Below are positions 37,229-46,438 of a DNA stretch of 64,000 nt, one piece after another. The stretch lies in NCBI RefSeq assembly GCF_001677475.2, contig NZ_CP015229.1. One strand, given 5' to 3'. How positions within the stretch are numbered: the stretch's first letter is position 1; each line of letters begins with the position of its first letter. The notes under the pieces are model-generated. The model was not told the DNA's origin, made no database searches, and saw only the letters and a list, made by a program, of their open reading frames with translations. The position numbers were made by a program, and so were the translations under genes. Origin of the DNA: Escherichia coli. Its GTDB lineage: Bacteria; Pseudomonadota; Gammaproteobacteria; Enterobacterales; Enterobacteriaceae.

Positions 37229-38569
37229 ATGTTCAAATATAAAAAAAAGGCGGCAGTGATCTGTTTTTTGTATTTTTTGTGCGTCGCTGTAGTAACTTGT
37301 TATTTGTACACCATTCATGTTAAAGGCCGTATAAATTCGGTGAAGGTATCTATTGTAGATAGTGGGCTTGCAATAGCTAATGTTTCTGAGTATCGCCGCT
37401 CAGTATCTAATAATATATTTTATGAACTTGAGGTTTCGCCAGAAGAGTTGTTAAAAAAAATACGCAATAGCTTTGCTGGCTATGAAAACCCTGGATATTT
37501 GTATGATCTCGGTCCTTATATGATTAGCGATGGTAAATGTATCAAAGTCACAACGAAAGGAGATAATTTTTGTGACGACATAGTTTCCTCTATTAGGGTA
37601 ATTAATGAATTTGAAAGAGGCATTATTAGCTTAAAAAATAAGTGCTATGTTTATTATGCTCATCCCATTGCAAAACGTACAAGTTTGATATCAGTGGTAG
37701 ATCCTGAACGTTATTTATCTTTGATAAGAAATCAATCAGGGGAACGAGAAGATATCTATGTATCATTTTATGATATTAATGATAATGAAAAGAAAATCGC
37801 AGGTGATGATTTTTTGATAAATGATGCAGTATTTGAGATGTCAGCTATCACTCTGTCGTATTCTTATCTTCCAGAAATGATGTTTATTGTTGCCTATAAA
37901 AAAAGTAAATATCTATATATATGTGCGTTTTTCGTTTTTGCATCGGCAATATCTGCAGTCATAATGTATGTTTATTATGTTAAATTATTGCGTGATATTA
38001 TAAATAAGGGTAGATTGGAAAAAGAATCTATATTGTCGAATCATCAATATGATTTACGTGGAGAAAATCTATTCTTTAATACGGAAGAGATTAATGCAAT
38101 TCGAGAGATATATGACTTTGGCACTTGTGATGCATTAACCAGGGCTTCTGGTCGCCGGAGTTTTGATAAAGAAATCAAGATACTGAGAAAAAATTTTGGC
38201 TACCTGTGTCTATTTGATGTGGATAAATTTAAAACCATTAATGATAAGTTTGGTCATTTATTTGGTGATGAAGTACTCATCAAACTTGTTAATATCATTA
38301 AAGAAGAGTTACCCCGTCGTGAAGGGGAAATATACCGGTTTGGCGGTGATGAGTTTGCTATTATTTATTATGAGAAAGATAAAAATAAGCTATCAAGAAT
38401 TTTGCACAGAGTTGTTCATTTCGCCATTGGTGGGTTAAATTGTAGTTGCAGTATAGGTGTTGCCAGCACAGATGAGTGCATGAATAACATTGAACGGTTG
38501 AAATTGCTGGCAGATGAACGGTTATATAAAAGTAAGCAAAATGGCCGAGCACAGATAACGTGGTGTTGA
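37229..38569 (+). CDS. Membrane-bound diguanylate cyclase: TM, periplasmic sensor domain, TM, GGDEF domain
   Basis: 446 aa, starting 5 bp after the upstream stop. Two hydrophobic helices flank a ~200-aa periplasmic segment. GGDEF-domain motifs: DALT..RR, LFDVDKFKTINDKFGH, GDEVL, RFGGDEFAIIY, ADERLYKSKQNGR. No RxxD inhibitory site immediately upstream of GGDEF. Confidence 0.85.
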   Translation: MFKYKKKAAVICFLYFLCVAVVTCYLYTIHVKGRINSVKVSIVDSGLAIANVSEYRRSVSNNIFYELEVSPEELLKKIRNSFAGYENPGYLYDLGPYMISDGKCIKVTTKGDNFCDDIVSSIRVINEFERGIISLKNKCYVYYAHPIAKRTSLISVVDPERYLSLIRNQSGEREDIYVSFYDINDNEKKIAGDDFLINDAVFEMSAITLSYSYLPEMMFIVAYKKSKYLYICAFFVFASAISAVIMYVYYVKLLRDIINKGRLEKESILSNHQYDLRGENLFFNTEEINAIREIYDFGTCDALTRASGRRSFDKEIKILRKNFGYLCLFDVDKFKTINDKFGHLFGDEVLIKLVNIIKEELPRREGEIYRFGGDEFAIIYYEKDKNKLSRILHRVVHFAIGGLNCSCSIGVASTDECMNNIERLKLLADERLYKSKQNGRAQITWC

Positions 38570-38653
38570 TATTTTAATTTGCATGGCATTGGTCATCGAT
38601 GTTTACAAAAATCACACAGTTCAAGTTATATTATTAATGAATCGTTAAGTGCA

Positions 38654-40768
38654 ATGCTCATAAAAAATAAAGTAATATTAAACAAAATCCTTTTGGTTGT
38701 TGCTATACTGCTATGTTTTGTTTTTTTATCAATTGTTGAACAGCCCCTTGGATTTTATCAACAAACATTATTTTCAATTATTATTTGTATCGCTGCTATC
38801 TTCCTTAATTTTCTCAAAGGAAGGATAATTACTCTGATTCTAATGGGTGTTGGAATACTCATATCATCCCGATATCTATGGTGGCGTTACTCTTCTTCAG
38901 TAATCCTGGATGAATTTCCAGACTGTTTATTTTCAGTCACGCTATTAGTTGCTGAGACGTATGCATGGTTTGTTTTATTACTTGGTTACTTTCAGGTTTG
39001 CTTCCCGCTGAACCGAGAAAGTATACCCTTACCAGAGAATAAAGAAGAATGGCCCGTTGTTGATATATTAATCCCCACATATAACGAACCCTTTACAGTC
39101 GTTAAGAATACAGTTTATGGTGCGTTGGCCTTAGACTGGCCAACGGATAAATTAAATATCTGGCTCCTTGATGATGGCGCCAGGGACGAGTTCAGGAAAT
39201 TCGCGAACGAGTTAGGTATTTACTATGTCGCAAGAGAAACACATGAACATGCTAAGGCCGGAAATATAAATAATGCGCTTAAAATAGCTAATGGCGAATT
39301 TGTTGCTATTTTCGATTGCGATCATATACCCTCGGTTTCTTTTTTAAAGAAAACGATGGGCTGGTTTATCGCCGATAAAAAATTATCGATGTTGCAAACA
39401 CCACATCATTTTTTTTCCCCCGACCCTTTTGAGCGAAATTTGGGGCAGTTTCGGCAAAAGCCAAATGAAGGACACCTTTTTTATGGGTTAATCCAGAATG
39501 GTACGGATACATGGAATGCTTCATTTTTTTGTGGTTCATGTGCAATCATCCGTAGATCTGCTCTGGATGAGGTTGGAGGCATTGCAGTCGAAACAGTAAC
39601 AGAAGATGCGCATACGTCGTTACGCTTGCATCGTGCAGGTTATAGCTCTGCGTATCTTCGCTATCCTCTGGCTGCCGGGCTAGCCACCGAAACATTGTCT
39701 GCTCATATTGGACAACGGATTCGGTGGGCTCGAGGCATGATTCAAATCTTGCGTATTGACAATCCATTATTGGGCAAGGGGCTGACATTATCACAGCGCC
39801 TTTGCTATCTCAGCAGCATGATGCATTTTTTATCAGGTGTGCCACGCCTGATTTTCTTGTTCGCACCGTTATGTCCTATTTTCTTTTCGGTCAATCTGAT
39901 CGATGCATCAGTTGCAGATATTATGTCTTATGTTTTACCTTATCTATTTGTTATTATTTTAACTAATTCAAGAGTACAAGGTAAATACAGACATTCATTC
40001 TGGAATGAGATTTATGAAATGGTTCTGGCCTGGTATATTACGCTACCAACGCTTGTAGCTTTACTTGCGCCAGCAAAAGGTCGTTTTAACGTTACGGCCA
40101 AAGGGGGACTGATAAAAAATAAGTTTGTTGACTGGCGAATTTCCTATCCCTATCTTATTTTTGCTATTTTAAATGTAATCGGGCTGATAATAGGTGTTAT
40201 TAATGTTTATAGTTTGCAAGGGCATATTGCCATCTTGAATTTGTTTTGTTTAATCTGGTTGTTTTATAACGCAATTATTATTGGCGCAACTTTGGCTGTT
40301 TCTATTGAACAAAAGCAGGTGCGTTTTTCTCCCCGTATTGATGTTTCTTTCAAGGGCGTTATACAACTGGATGATGGACGGCGCTATCCTTGTTCTGTTC
40401 TTGATTTTTCCGAAGGAGGATTAGGTGTAATCCTTGATAATATCTCCGACGTAAAAGATATGCTTAAAGCACAGCAATTGTCTCTTTATCTGGATGATAG
40501 CAACGGGAAATGTGATATTCCGGTAGAAATAGTTCATGCTTACAATAATAAAATTGGTCTGAAGATTATGCCAATGAGTTATGAACAAAGTGTTAATTAT
40601 GTAAGAGCAACGTTTTCTCGTGATTCATTATGGCAAGAGTGGAATAATAAAATTAGACGGGACAATATTCTAAAGAGTTTTTTTGAAATATGTTTCATCT
40701 CTCTGAAAGGTTATTGCAATATGGTTTTTTATATTCTGCGGACACTGAAAAGCAGTTCCAAAAGTTAG
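38654..40768 (+). CDS. BcsA-like family-2 processive beta-glycosyltransferase with C-terminal PilZ domain (c-di-GMP-gated synthase)
   Basis: ORF 38579..40768 begins with TTG; first in-frame ATG is at 38654 (704 aa). Catalytic motifs: DDGARDE, FDCDH, QTPHHFFSPDPFERN, FFCGSCA, TEDAHTSLRLH, QRIRWARG. PilZ motifs RFSPRID and DFSEGGLG. Confidence 0.85.
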   Translation: MLIKNKVILNKILLVVAILLCFVFLSIVEQPLGFYQQTLFSIIICIAAIFLNFLKGRIITLILMGVGILISSRYLWWRYSSSVILDEFPDCLFSVTLLVAETYAWFVLLLGYFQVCFPLNRESIPLPENKEEWPVVDILIPTYNEPFTVVKNTVYGALALDWPTDKLNIWLLDDGARDEFRKFANELGIYYVARETHEHAKAGNINNALKIANGEFVAIFDCDHIPSVSFLKKTMGWFIADKKLSMLQTPHHFFSPDPFERNLGQFRQKPNEGHLFYGLIQNGTDTWNASFFCGSCAIIRRSALDEVGGIAVETVTEDAHTSLRLHRAGYSSAYLRYPLAAGLATETLSAHIGQRIRWARGMIQILRIDNPLLGKGLTLSQRLCYLSSMMHFLSGVPRLIFLFAPLCPIFFSVNLIDASVADIMSYVLPYLFVIILTNSRVQGKYRHSFWNEIYEMVLAWYITLPTLVALLAPAKGRFNVTAKGGLIKNKFVDWRISYPYLIFAILNVIGLIIGVINVYSLQGHIAILNLFCLIWLFYNAIIIGATLAVSIEQKQVRFSPRIDVSFKGVIQLDDGRRYPCSVLDFSEGGLGVILDNISDVKDMLKAQQLSLYLDDSNGKCDIPVEIVHAYNNKIGLKIMPMSYEQSVNYVRATFSRDSLWQEWNNKIRRDNILKSFFEICFISLKGYCNMVFYILRTLKSSSKS

Positions 40769-40833
40769 TTCTAATTTCTGACTGCTAATTAAATATATTG
40801 TTTGTGTTTATTATGGTTGTTGAATTTTTTAAA

Positions 40834-43134
40834 ATGGAAAGAAAATTTTTGAGATTAAGTGCTGCGATAATTGGCTTGGGGTTATTATGTTTTTACCAGG
40901 CAAATACAGCATCGGCTACAGATACAGTAACCAGTAAGTCTTCCTCTGGAGAAGTATTACCATCTATCCAGAAGACAAATATCTCTGCTTATGAGAAAGA
41001 GTCGTCTCGCCATTTTAAACTCCCATTTACACAAATCGCACCAGCTCCAGGAAACATAGTCCTGAATGGCGTTAACCCACAGGGGCAAATTGAGTTTGGT
41101 ATGCGTAGCGATGAAATAGTATCAGAAGCAAAACTAAAACTTGAATACACTACATCACCGTCGCTGATCCCTGTCCAGTCACAGCTTAAGGTCTATCTTA
41201 ATGACGAGTTGATGGGGGTATTGCCGATTACCAAAGAACAACTGGGGAAGAAAACGCTGGCGGAAATAACTCTTAACCCATTGTATTTTTCTGATTTTAA
41301 TCGCTTGCGCCTCGAATTAATTAGTCACTACCAGAGCGCCTGTGAAAACCCGACCAGCAGCAATTTGTGGCTTGATATTGGACGTACCAGTGAACTTGAA
41401 CTGGTATTTCAGAGACTTAATCTGAAAAATGATCTTTCATATTTTCCTGTACCGTTTTTTGACCCGCGAGATAACCGCACTAATACATTGCCGATGGTTT
41501 TTGCAGGTACTCCTGAGACTGGTTTGCAGCAGGCATCAGCTATTGTCGCTTCGTGGTTTGGTGCGCAATCTGGCTGGCGTGGTCACCGATTTCCGGTTTT
41601 CTATAACCAGTTACCGGAAAGTAATGCAGTGGTCTTTGCCACTAACAATAGACGCCCGGACTTTCTGCGCGAGCATCCGTTGGTGAATGCGCCTGTTATT
41701 AAAATGATCAGTCATCCACAAAATCCTTTTATCAAATTGCTGGTACTTTTGGGCCGCGATGACAAAGATTTATTACAGGCGGCAAAAGGCCTTGCACAGG
41801 GAAATATACTTTTTCGCGGCGATAGTGTGATCGTAAATGAAGTGACGCCGTTACTGCCGCGTAAACCTTATGATGCGCCAAACTGGGTACGCACTGACCG
41901 TCCTGTAACTTTCGCAGAGCTTAAAAATTATGAAGGGCAGTTACAGGCAAGTGGCCTGGAGTCTGCGGCAATTAATGTTTCATTTAATTTGCCACCTGAT
42001 CTTTTTCTATTGCGTAATCGTGGGGTTGATATGAAGATTAACTATCGCTATACCACGCCAACGATAGGTGGTTCACGCATGGATGTCAGCCTTAATAACC
42101 AGTACCTTGAATCTTTCCGGCTAAGTCCGCAATCTGCTACCGATAGATTGTTGTTACGTTTACCGTTATTGCAAGAATTGTTGGATGGTAATAATGGAAT
42201 TACCATTCCTGCGCTGACGTTGGGGGCGCTTAATCAATTGCGATTTAATTTTGAGTACATTAATACAATGCCGCGTTCTGATGCTGATAGCTGTATTATT
42301 TCCAGGCCTCTAAAAAATCATGCGGTTATTGCAGATGATTCCACTATCGATTTTTCAAAGTACCATCACTTTATCGCAATGCCAGATTTACGCGCTTTTG
42401 CCAGCTCAGGCTTTCCATTTAGCCGCATGGCCGATCTATCAGAAACGGTTGTGGTTATGCCTGAAAATCCTGGTACAACGCAAGTTGAAACATTATTAAA
42501 TACCCTTGGACTGATTGGTGCTCAAACTGGATTTCCGGCAATTAATCTGACAATTACTGATGATATAGGTTCTGTCCAGGGTAAGGATTCAGATATTCTG
42601 CTTATAGGAACACTTCCGCAAGAATTTGCAGATAAACAGCAAATTAATCTGCTCATTGAGGCAACAACGAGTTGGGTAAAAAGCCCAATGCGGAACACTG
42701 ATTACGCAAAAATTATGGCAGATAAAAACGATCAAAAACCTGAAATACAAACAACTATAAATTCCCCATTGCCAATGGCGGCGATAGTTGGTTTTCAGTC
42801 CCCATATCATGCCCAACGTAGCGTAATTGCTTTAATGTCCGAGGGATCACGCGGCGATACGCTACTCAACAATGCGTTAATTAATAGTACAAAACGCGGC
42901 AATATTTTTGGTTCAGTCGCGGTTATTCGCGAATCTGGCGTCAATAGTTTACAGGTTGGAGATACTTATTACGTTGGGCATCTCCCCTGGATTGAACGAG
43001 TGCAATATGTGTTAGCCAGACACCCCATTCTACTGGCAGTCCTGGCAACTCTCAGTGTGGTGCTATTGGCGTGGGTAGTATGGCGTCTGTTACGTAACAT
43101 TAGTCGCCGTCGTCTGAACCCTCATCAACAGTAA
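40834..43134 (+). CDS. BcsB-like periplasmic synthase subunit with C-terminal membrane anchor
   Basis: ORF 40798..43134 begins with TTG; start taken at MERKFLRLSAAIIGLGLLCFYQANTASA (signal-peptide-like). C-terminal single TM helix ILLAVLATLSVVLLAWVVWRLL followed by basic residues, as in BcsB. Confidence 0.8.
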   Translation: MERKFLRLSAAIIGLGLLCFYQANTASATDTVTSKSSSGEVLPSIQKTNISAYEKESSRHFKLPFTQIAPAPGNIVLNGVNPQGQIEFGMRSDEIVSEAKLKLEYTTSPSLIPVQSQLKVYLNDELMGVLPITKEQLGKKTLAEITLNPLYFSDFNRLRLELISHYQSACENPTSSNLWLDIGRTSELELVFQRLNLKNDLSYFPVPFFDPRDNRTNTLPMVFAGTPETGLQQASAIVASWFGAQSGWRGHRFPVFYNQLPESNAVVFATNNRRPDFLREHPLVNAPVIKMISHPQNPFIKLLVLLGRDDKDLLQAAKGLAQGNILFRGDSVIVNEVTPLLPRKPYDAPNWVRTDRPVTFAELKNYEGQLQASGLESAAINVSFNLPPDLFLLRNRGVDMKINYRYTTPTIGGSRMDVSLNNQYLESFRLSPQSATDRLLLRLPLLQELLDGNNGITIPALTLGALNQLRFNFEYINTMPRSDADSCIISRPLKNHAVIADDSTIDFSKYHHFIAMPDLRAFASSGFPFSRMADLSETVVVMPENPGTTQVETLLNTLGLIGAQTGFPAINLTITDDIGSVQGKDSDILLIGTLPQEFADKQQINLLIEATTSWVKSPMRNTDYAKIMADKNDQKPEIQTTINSPLPMAAIVGFQSPYHAQRSVIALMSEGSRGDTLLNNALINSTKRGNIFGSVAVIRESGVNSLQVGDTYYVGHLPWIERVQYVLARHPILLAVLATLSVVLLAWVVWRLLRNISRRRLNPHQQ

Positions 43135-43246
43135 TTCATCATCATTTCTATTTTGCGGCTCCATTCTGTCCTGACTTTATACAGGCAGGGAGCTGCGCCC
43201 GTTCTGTTTTTAATAAAAAGTGAGTTAACACCTGATTGAGGCAGGC

Positions 43247-46200
43247 ATGTACAAATTCACCCTAAATTTACTCACAATATCCCTTGGTTTGGCGGTAATG
43301 TCGATGGCGAAAGCCACACCAACTGTACACAAGCTGTTAATGGCGCAGATTCGGTTAGGCGAAGACATTCATCGTGAAGATCTGGTCGAACAGTCGCTTT
43401 ATCGTCTTGAATTGGCGGAACCTGATAATCCAGATGTCGTTGCGGCGCGTTTTCGCTATCTGCTGCGTAAGGGGGATATTGAAGGTGCGCAAAAACAACT
43501 TGCCAGACTTTCCCTGTTCGCTCCTGATTCAAAAATATATAAAGCATCGCGCACGGCCATGCGACTTTCTTCGCCTGAGGGGCGTCAGGCACTGCAAATG
43601 GCACGCTTACAAGCTATCTCCGGGCGACATAAAGAGGCTATCGACAGTTACGACAAGCTATTTAACGGGGCACCGCCAGATATCGAAATGGCGCTGGAAT
43701 ACTGGGGGGCAATGACGCAAATTTCCTCCCGTCGCAACGAAGCGATTCGTCAGTTGAAAATACTTAATATTGATAATCCTGACTCTGGTGCCATATTTGG
43801 GGCGCTGGGGCAGGCGTATTCCCAGAATGGCGATCGCGCTAATGCGGTGGCGAATCTGGAAAAAGCCCTCGCACTGGATCCGCACAGCAGCAACAACGAC
43901 AAATGGAACAGTCTGCTGAAGGTGAATCGCTACTGGCTGGCGATCCAGCAGGGCGATGCTGCGCTGAAAGCCAATAATCCTGACCGCGCAGAGCGTCTGT
44001 TCCAGCAGGCGCGCAATGTCGATAACGCCGACAGCTATGCGGTGCTGGGGCTGGGCGATGTGGCGATGGCGCGCAAAGATTACCCCGCCGCCGAACGTTA
44101 TTATCAGCAGACGCTGCGTATGGACAGCGGCAACACCAACGCCGTGCGCGGGCTGGCGAATCTTTATCGCCAGCAGTCGCCGGAAAAAGCCGAAGCGTTT
44201 ATTGCCTCGCTCTCTGCCAGCCAGCGGCGCAGCGTTGATGACATCGAACGCAGCCTGCAAAACACGCGTTTATCACAGCAGGCAGAGGCACTGGAAAATC
44301 AGGGTAAATGGGCGCAGGCGGCAGCACTTCAGCGCCAGCGACTGGCGCTCGATCCCGGCAGTGTGTGGATTACTTACCGGCTTTCGCAGGATCTCTGGCA
44401 GGCCGGACAACGCAGCCAGGCCGATACGTTAATGCGCCATCTGGCGCAGCAGAAGCCGAACGACCCGGAGCAGGTTTACGCTTACGGGCTGTATCTCTCT
44501 GGTCATGACCAGGACAGAGCGGCGCTGGCGCATATCAACAGCCTGCCGCGCGCGCAATGGAACAGCAATATTCAGGAGCTGGTTAATCGACTGCAAAGCG
44601 ATCAGGTGCTGGAAACCGCTAATCGCCTGCGAGAAAGCGGCAAAGAAGCTGAAGCGGAAGCGATGCTGCGCCAACAACCACCTTCCACGCGTATTGATCT
44701 CACGCTGGCTGACTGGGCGCAACAACGACGTGATTATACCGCCGCCCGCGCTGCATATCAGAATGTCCTGATGCGGGAGCCAACTAACGCCGATGCCATT
44801 CTTGGTCTGACGGAAGTGGATATTGCTGCCGGTGACAAAGCGGCAGCACGTAGCCAGCTGGCGAAACTGCCTGCCACCGATAACGCGTCGCTGAACACTC
44901 AGCGGCGCGTGGCGCTGGCACAGGCGCAGCTTGGCGATACCGCAGCGGCGCAGCAGACGTTTAATAAGTTGATCCCGCAGGCAAAATCTCAGCCGCCGTC
45001 GATGGAAAGCGCGATGGTGCTGCGCGACGGTGCGAAGTTTGAAGCGCAGGCGGGCGATCCAAAGCAGGCGCTGGAAACCTACAAAGACGCCATGGTCGCA
45101 TCCGGTGTGACTACGACGCGTCCGCAGGATAACGACACCTTTACCCGACTGACCCGTAACGATGAGAAAGATGACTGGCTGAAGCGCGGTGTGCGCAGCG
45201 ACGCGGCAGATCTCTATCGTCAGCAGGATCTTAACGTCACCCTTGAGCACGACTACTGGGGATCGAGTGGCACCGGTGGTTACTCCGACCTGAAAGCGCA
45301 CACTACCATGTTGCAGGTGGATGCTCCGTATTCTGACGGGAGGATGTTCTTTCGCAGTGATTTCGTCAATATGAACGTCGGCAGTTTCTCCACTAATGCC
45401 GATGGCAAATGGGATGACAACTGGGGCACCTGTACATTACAGGACTGTAGTGGCAACCGCAGCCAGTCGGACTCCGGTGCCAGCGTGGCGGTCGGCTGGC
45501 GAAATGACGTCTGGAGCTGGGATATCGGTACCACGCCGATGGGCTTCAACGTGGTGGATGTGGTCGGCGGCATCAGTTACAGCGATGATATCGGGCCGCT
45601 GGGTTACACCGTTAACGCCCACCGTCGGCCCATCTCCAGTTCTTTGCTGGCCTTTGGTGGGCAAAAAGACTCTCCGGGCAATACCGGGAAAAAATGGGGT
45701 GGCGTGCGTGCCGACGGCGTGGGGCTAAGCCTGAGCTACGATAAAGGTGAAGCAAACGGCGTCTGGGCATCGCTTAGCGGTGACCAGTTAACCGGTAAAA
45801 ATGTCGAAGATAACTGGCGCGTGCGCTGGATGACGGGCTATTACTATAAGGTCATTAACCAGAACAATCGCCGCGTCACAATCGGCCTGAACAACATGAT
45901 CTGGCATTACGACAAAGATCTGAGTGGCTACTCACTCGGTCAGGGCGGTTACTACAGTCCGCAGGAATACCTGTCGTTTGCCATACCGGTGATGTGGCGG
46001 GAGCGCACGGAAAACTGGTCGTGGGAGCTGGGTGCATCTGGCTCGTGGTCGCATTCGCGCACCAAAACCATGCCGCGTTATCCGCTGATGAACCTGATCC
46101 CGACGGACTGGAAAGAGGATGCCGCCAGCCAGACCAACGACGGCGGCAGCAGTCAGGGCTTTGGCTACACGGCGCGGGCGTTACTTGAGCGTCGCGTCAC

Positions 46201-46354
46201 GTCCAACTGGTTTGTCGGCACGGCGATTGATATCCAGCAGGCGAAAGATTATGCGCCAAGCCATTTCCTGCTCTACGTGCGGTATTCCGCCGCCGGATGG
46301 CAGGGCGACATGGATTTACCGCCGCAGCCGCTGATACCTTACGCCGACTGGTAA
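43247..46354 (+). CDS. BcsC-like outer-membrane export component (signal peptide, TPR repeats, C-terminal beta-barrel)
   Basis: 1035 aa. Signal peptide MYKFTLNLLTISLGLAVMSMAKA; SD gaggcagg upstream. Many TPR-like repeats (e.g. GALGQAYSQNGDRANAVANLEKALALDP); C-terminal Gly/aromatic-rich region ending in W (...LIPYADW). GC content rises sharply after the first ~0.6 kb. Confidence 0.85.
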   Translation: MYKFTLNLLTISLGLAVMSMAKATPTVHKLLMAQIRLGEDIHREDLVEQSLYRLELAEPDNPDVVAARFRYLLRKGDIEGAQKQLARLSLFAPDSKIYKASRTAMRLSSPEGRQALQMARLQAISGRHKEAIDSYDKLFNGAPPDIEMALEYWGAMTQISSRRNEAIRQLKILNIDNPDSGAIFGALGQAYSQNGDRANAVANLEKALALDPHSSNNDKWNSLLKVNRYWLAIQQGDAALKANNPDRAERLFQQARNVDNADSYAVLGLGDVAMARKDYPAAERYYQQTLRMDSGNTNAVRGLANLYRQQSPEKAEAFIASLSASQRRSVDDIERSLQNTRLSQQAEALENQGKWAQAAALQRQRLALDPGSVWITYRLSQDLWQAGQRSQADTLMRHLAQQKPNDPEQVYAYGLYLSGHDQDRAALAHINSLPRAQWNSNIQELVNRLQSDQVLETANRLRESGKEAEAEAMLRQQPPSTRIDLTLADWAQQRRDYTAARAAYQNVLMREPTNADAILGLTEVDIAAGDKAAARSQLAKLPATDNASLNTQRRVALAQAQLGDTAAAQQTFNKLIPQAKSQPPSMESAMVLRDGAKFEAQAGDPKQALETYKDAMVASGVTTTRPQDNDTFTRLTRNDEKDDWLKRGVRSDAADLYRQQDLNVTLEHDYWGSSGTGGYSDLKAHTTMLQVDAPYSDGRMFFRSDFVNMNVGSFSTNADGKWDDNWGTCTLQDCSGNRSQSDSGASVAVGWRNDVWSWDIGTTPMGFNVVDVVGGISYSDDIGPLGYTVNAHRRPISSSLLAFGGQKDSPGNTGKKWGGVRADGVGLSLSYDKGEANGVWASLSGDQLTGKNVEDNWRVRWMTGYYYKVINQNNRRVTIGLNNMIWHYDKDLSGYSLGQGGYYSPQEYLSFAIPVMWRERTENWSWELGASGSWSHSRTKTMPRYPLMNLIPTDWKEDAASQTNDGGSSQGFGYTARALLERRVTSNWFVGTAIDIQQAKDYAPSHFLLYVRYSAAGWQGDMDLPPQPLIPYADW

Positions 46355-46395
46355 TGAGGTAGAATCAGAAGGTTAAAACTCGGAAATTAAATCCA

Positions 46396-46438
46396 GTAAA
46401 TCAGCGTCGAGCATGTTCTTAACGCTGATTTACTTTTT
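46396..46438 (+). terminator. Intrinsic terminator after the BcsC-like gene (may also serve convergent pflA)
   Basis: gtaaatcagcgt...acgctgatttac inverted repeat followed by ttttt, 42 bp after the stop at 46354. Confidence 0.65.

Noticed and set aside
38579-38653. TTG-initiated N-terminal extension of the BcsA-like gene (25 extra codons)
   Set aside because: It would leave only 9 bp after the upstream stop, and the encoded extension is polar, unlike the transmembrane start expected. The first in-frame ATG (38654) was preferred, although neither start has a strong Shine-Dalgarno.
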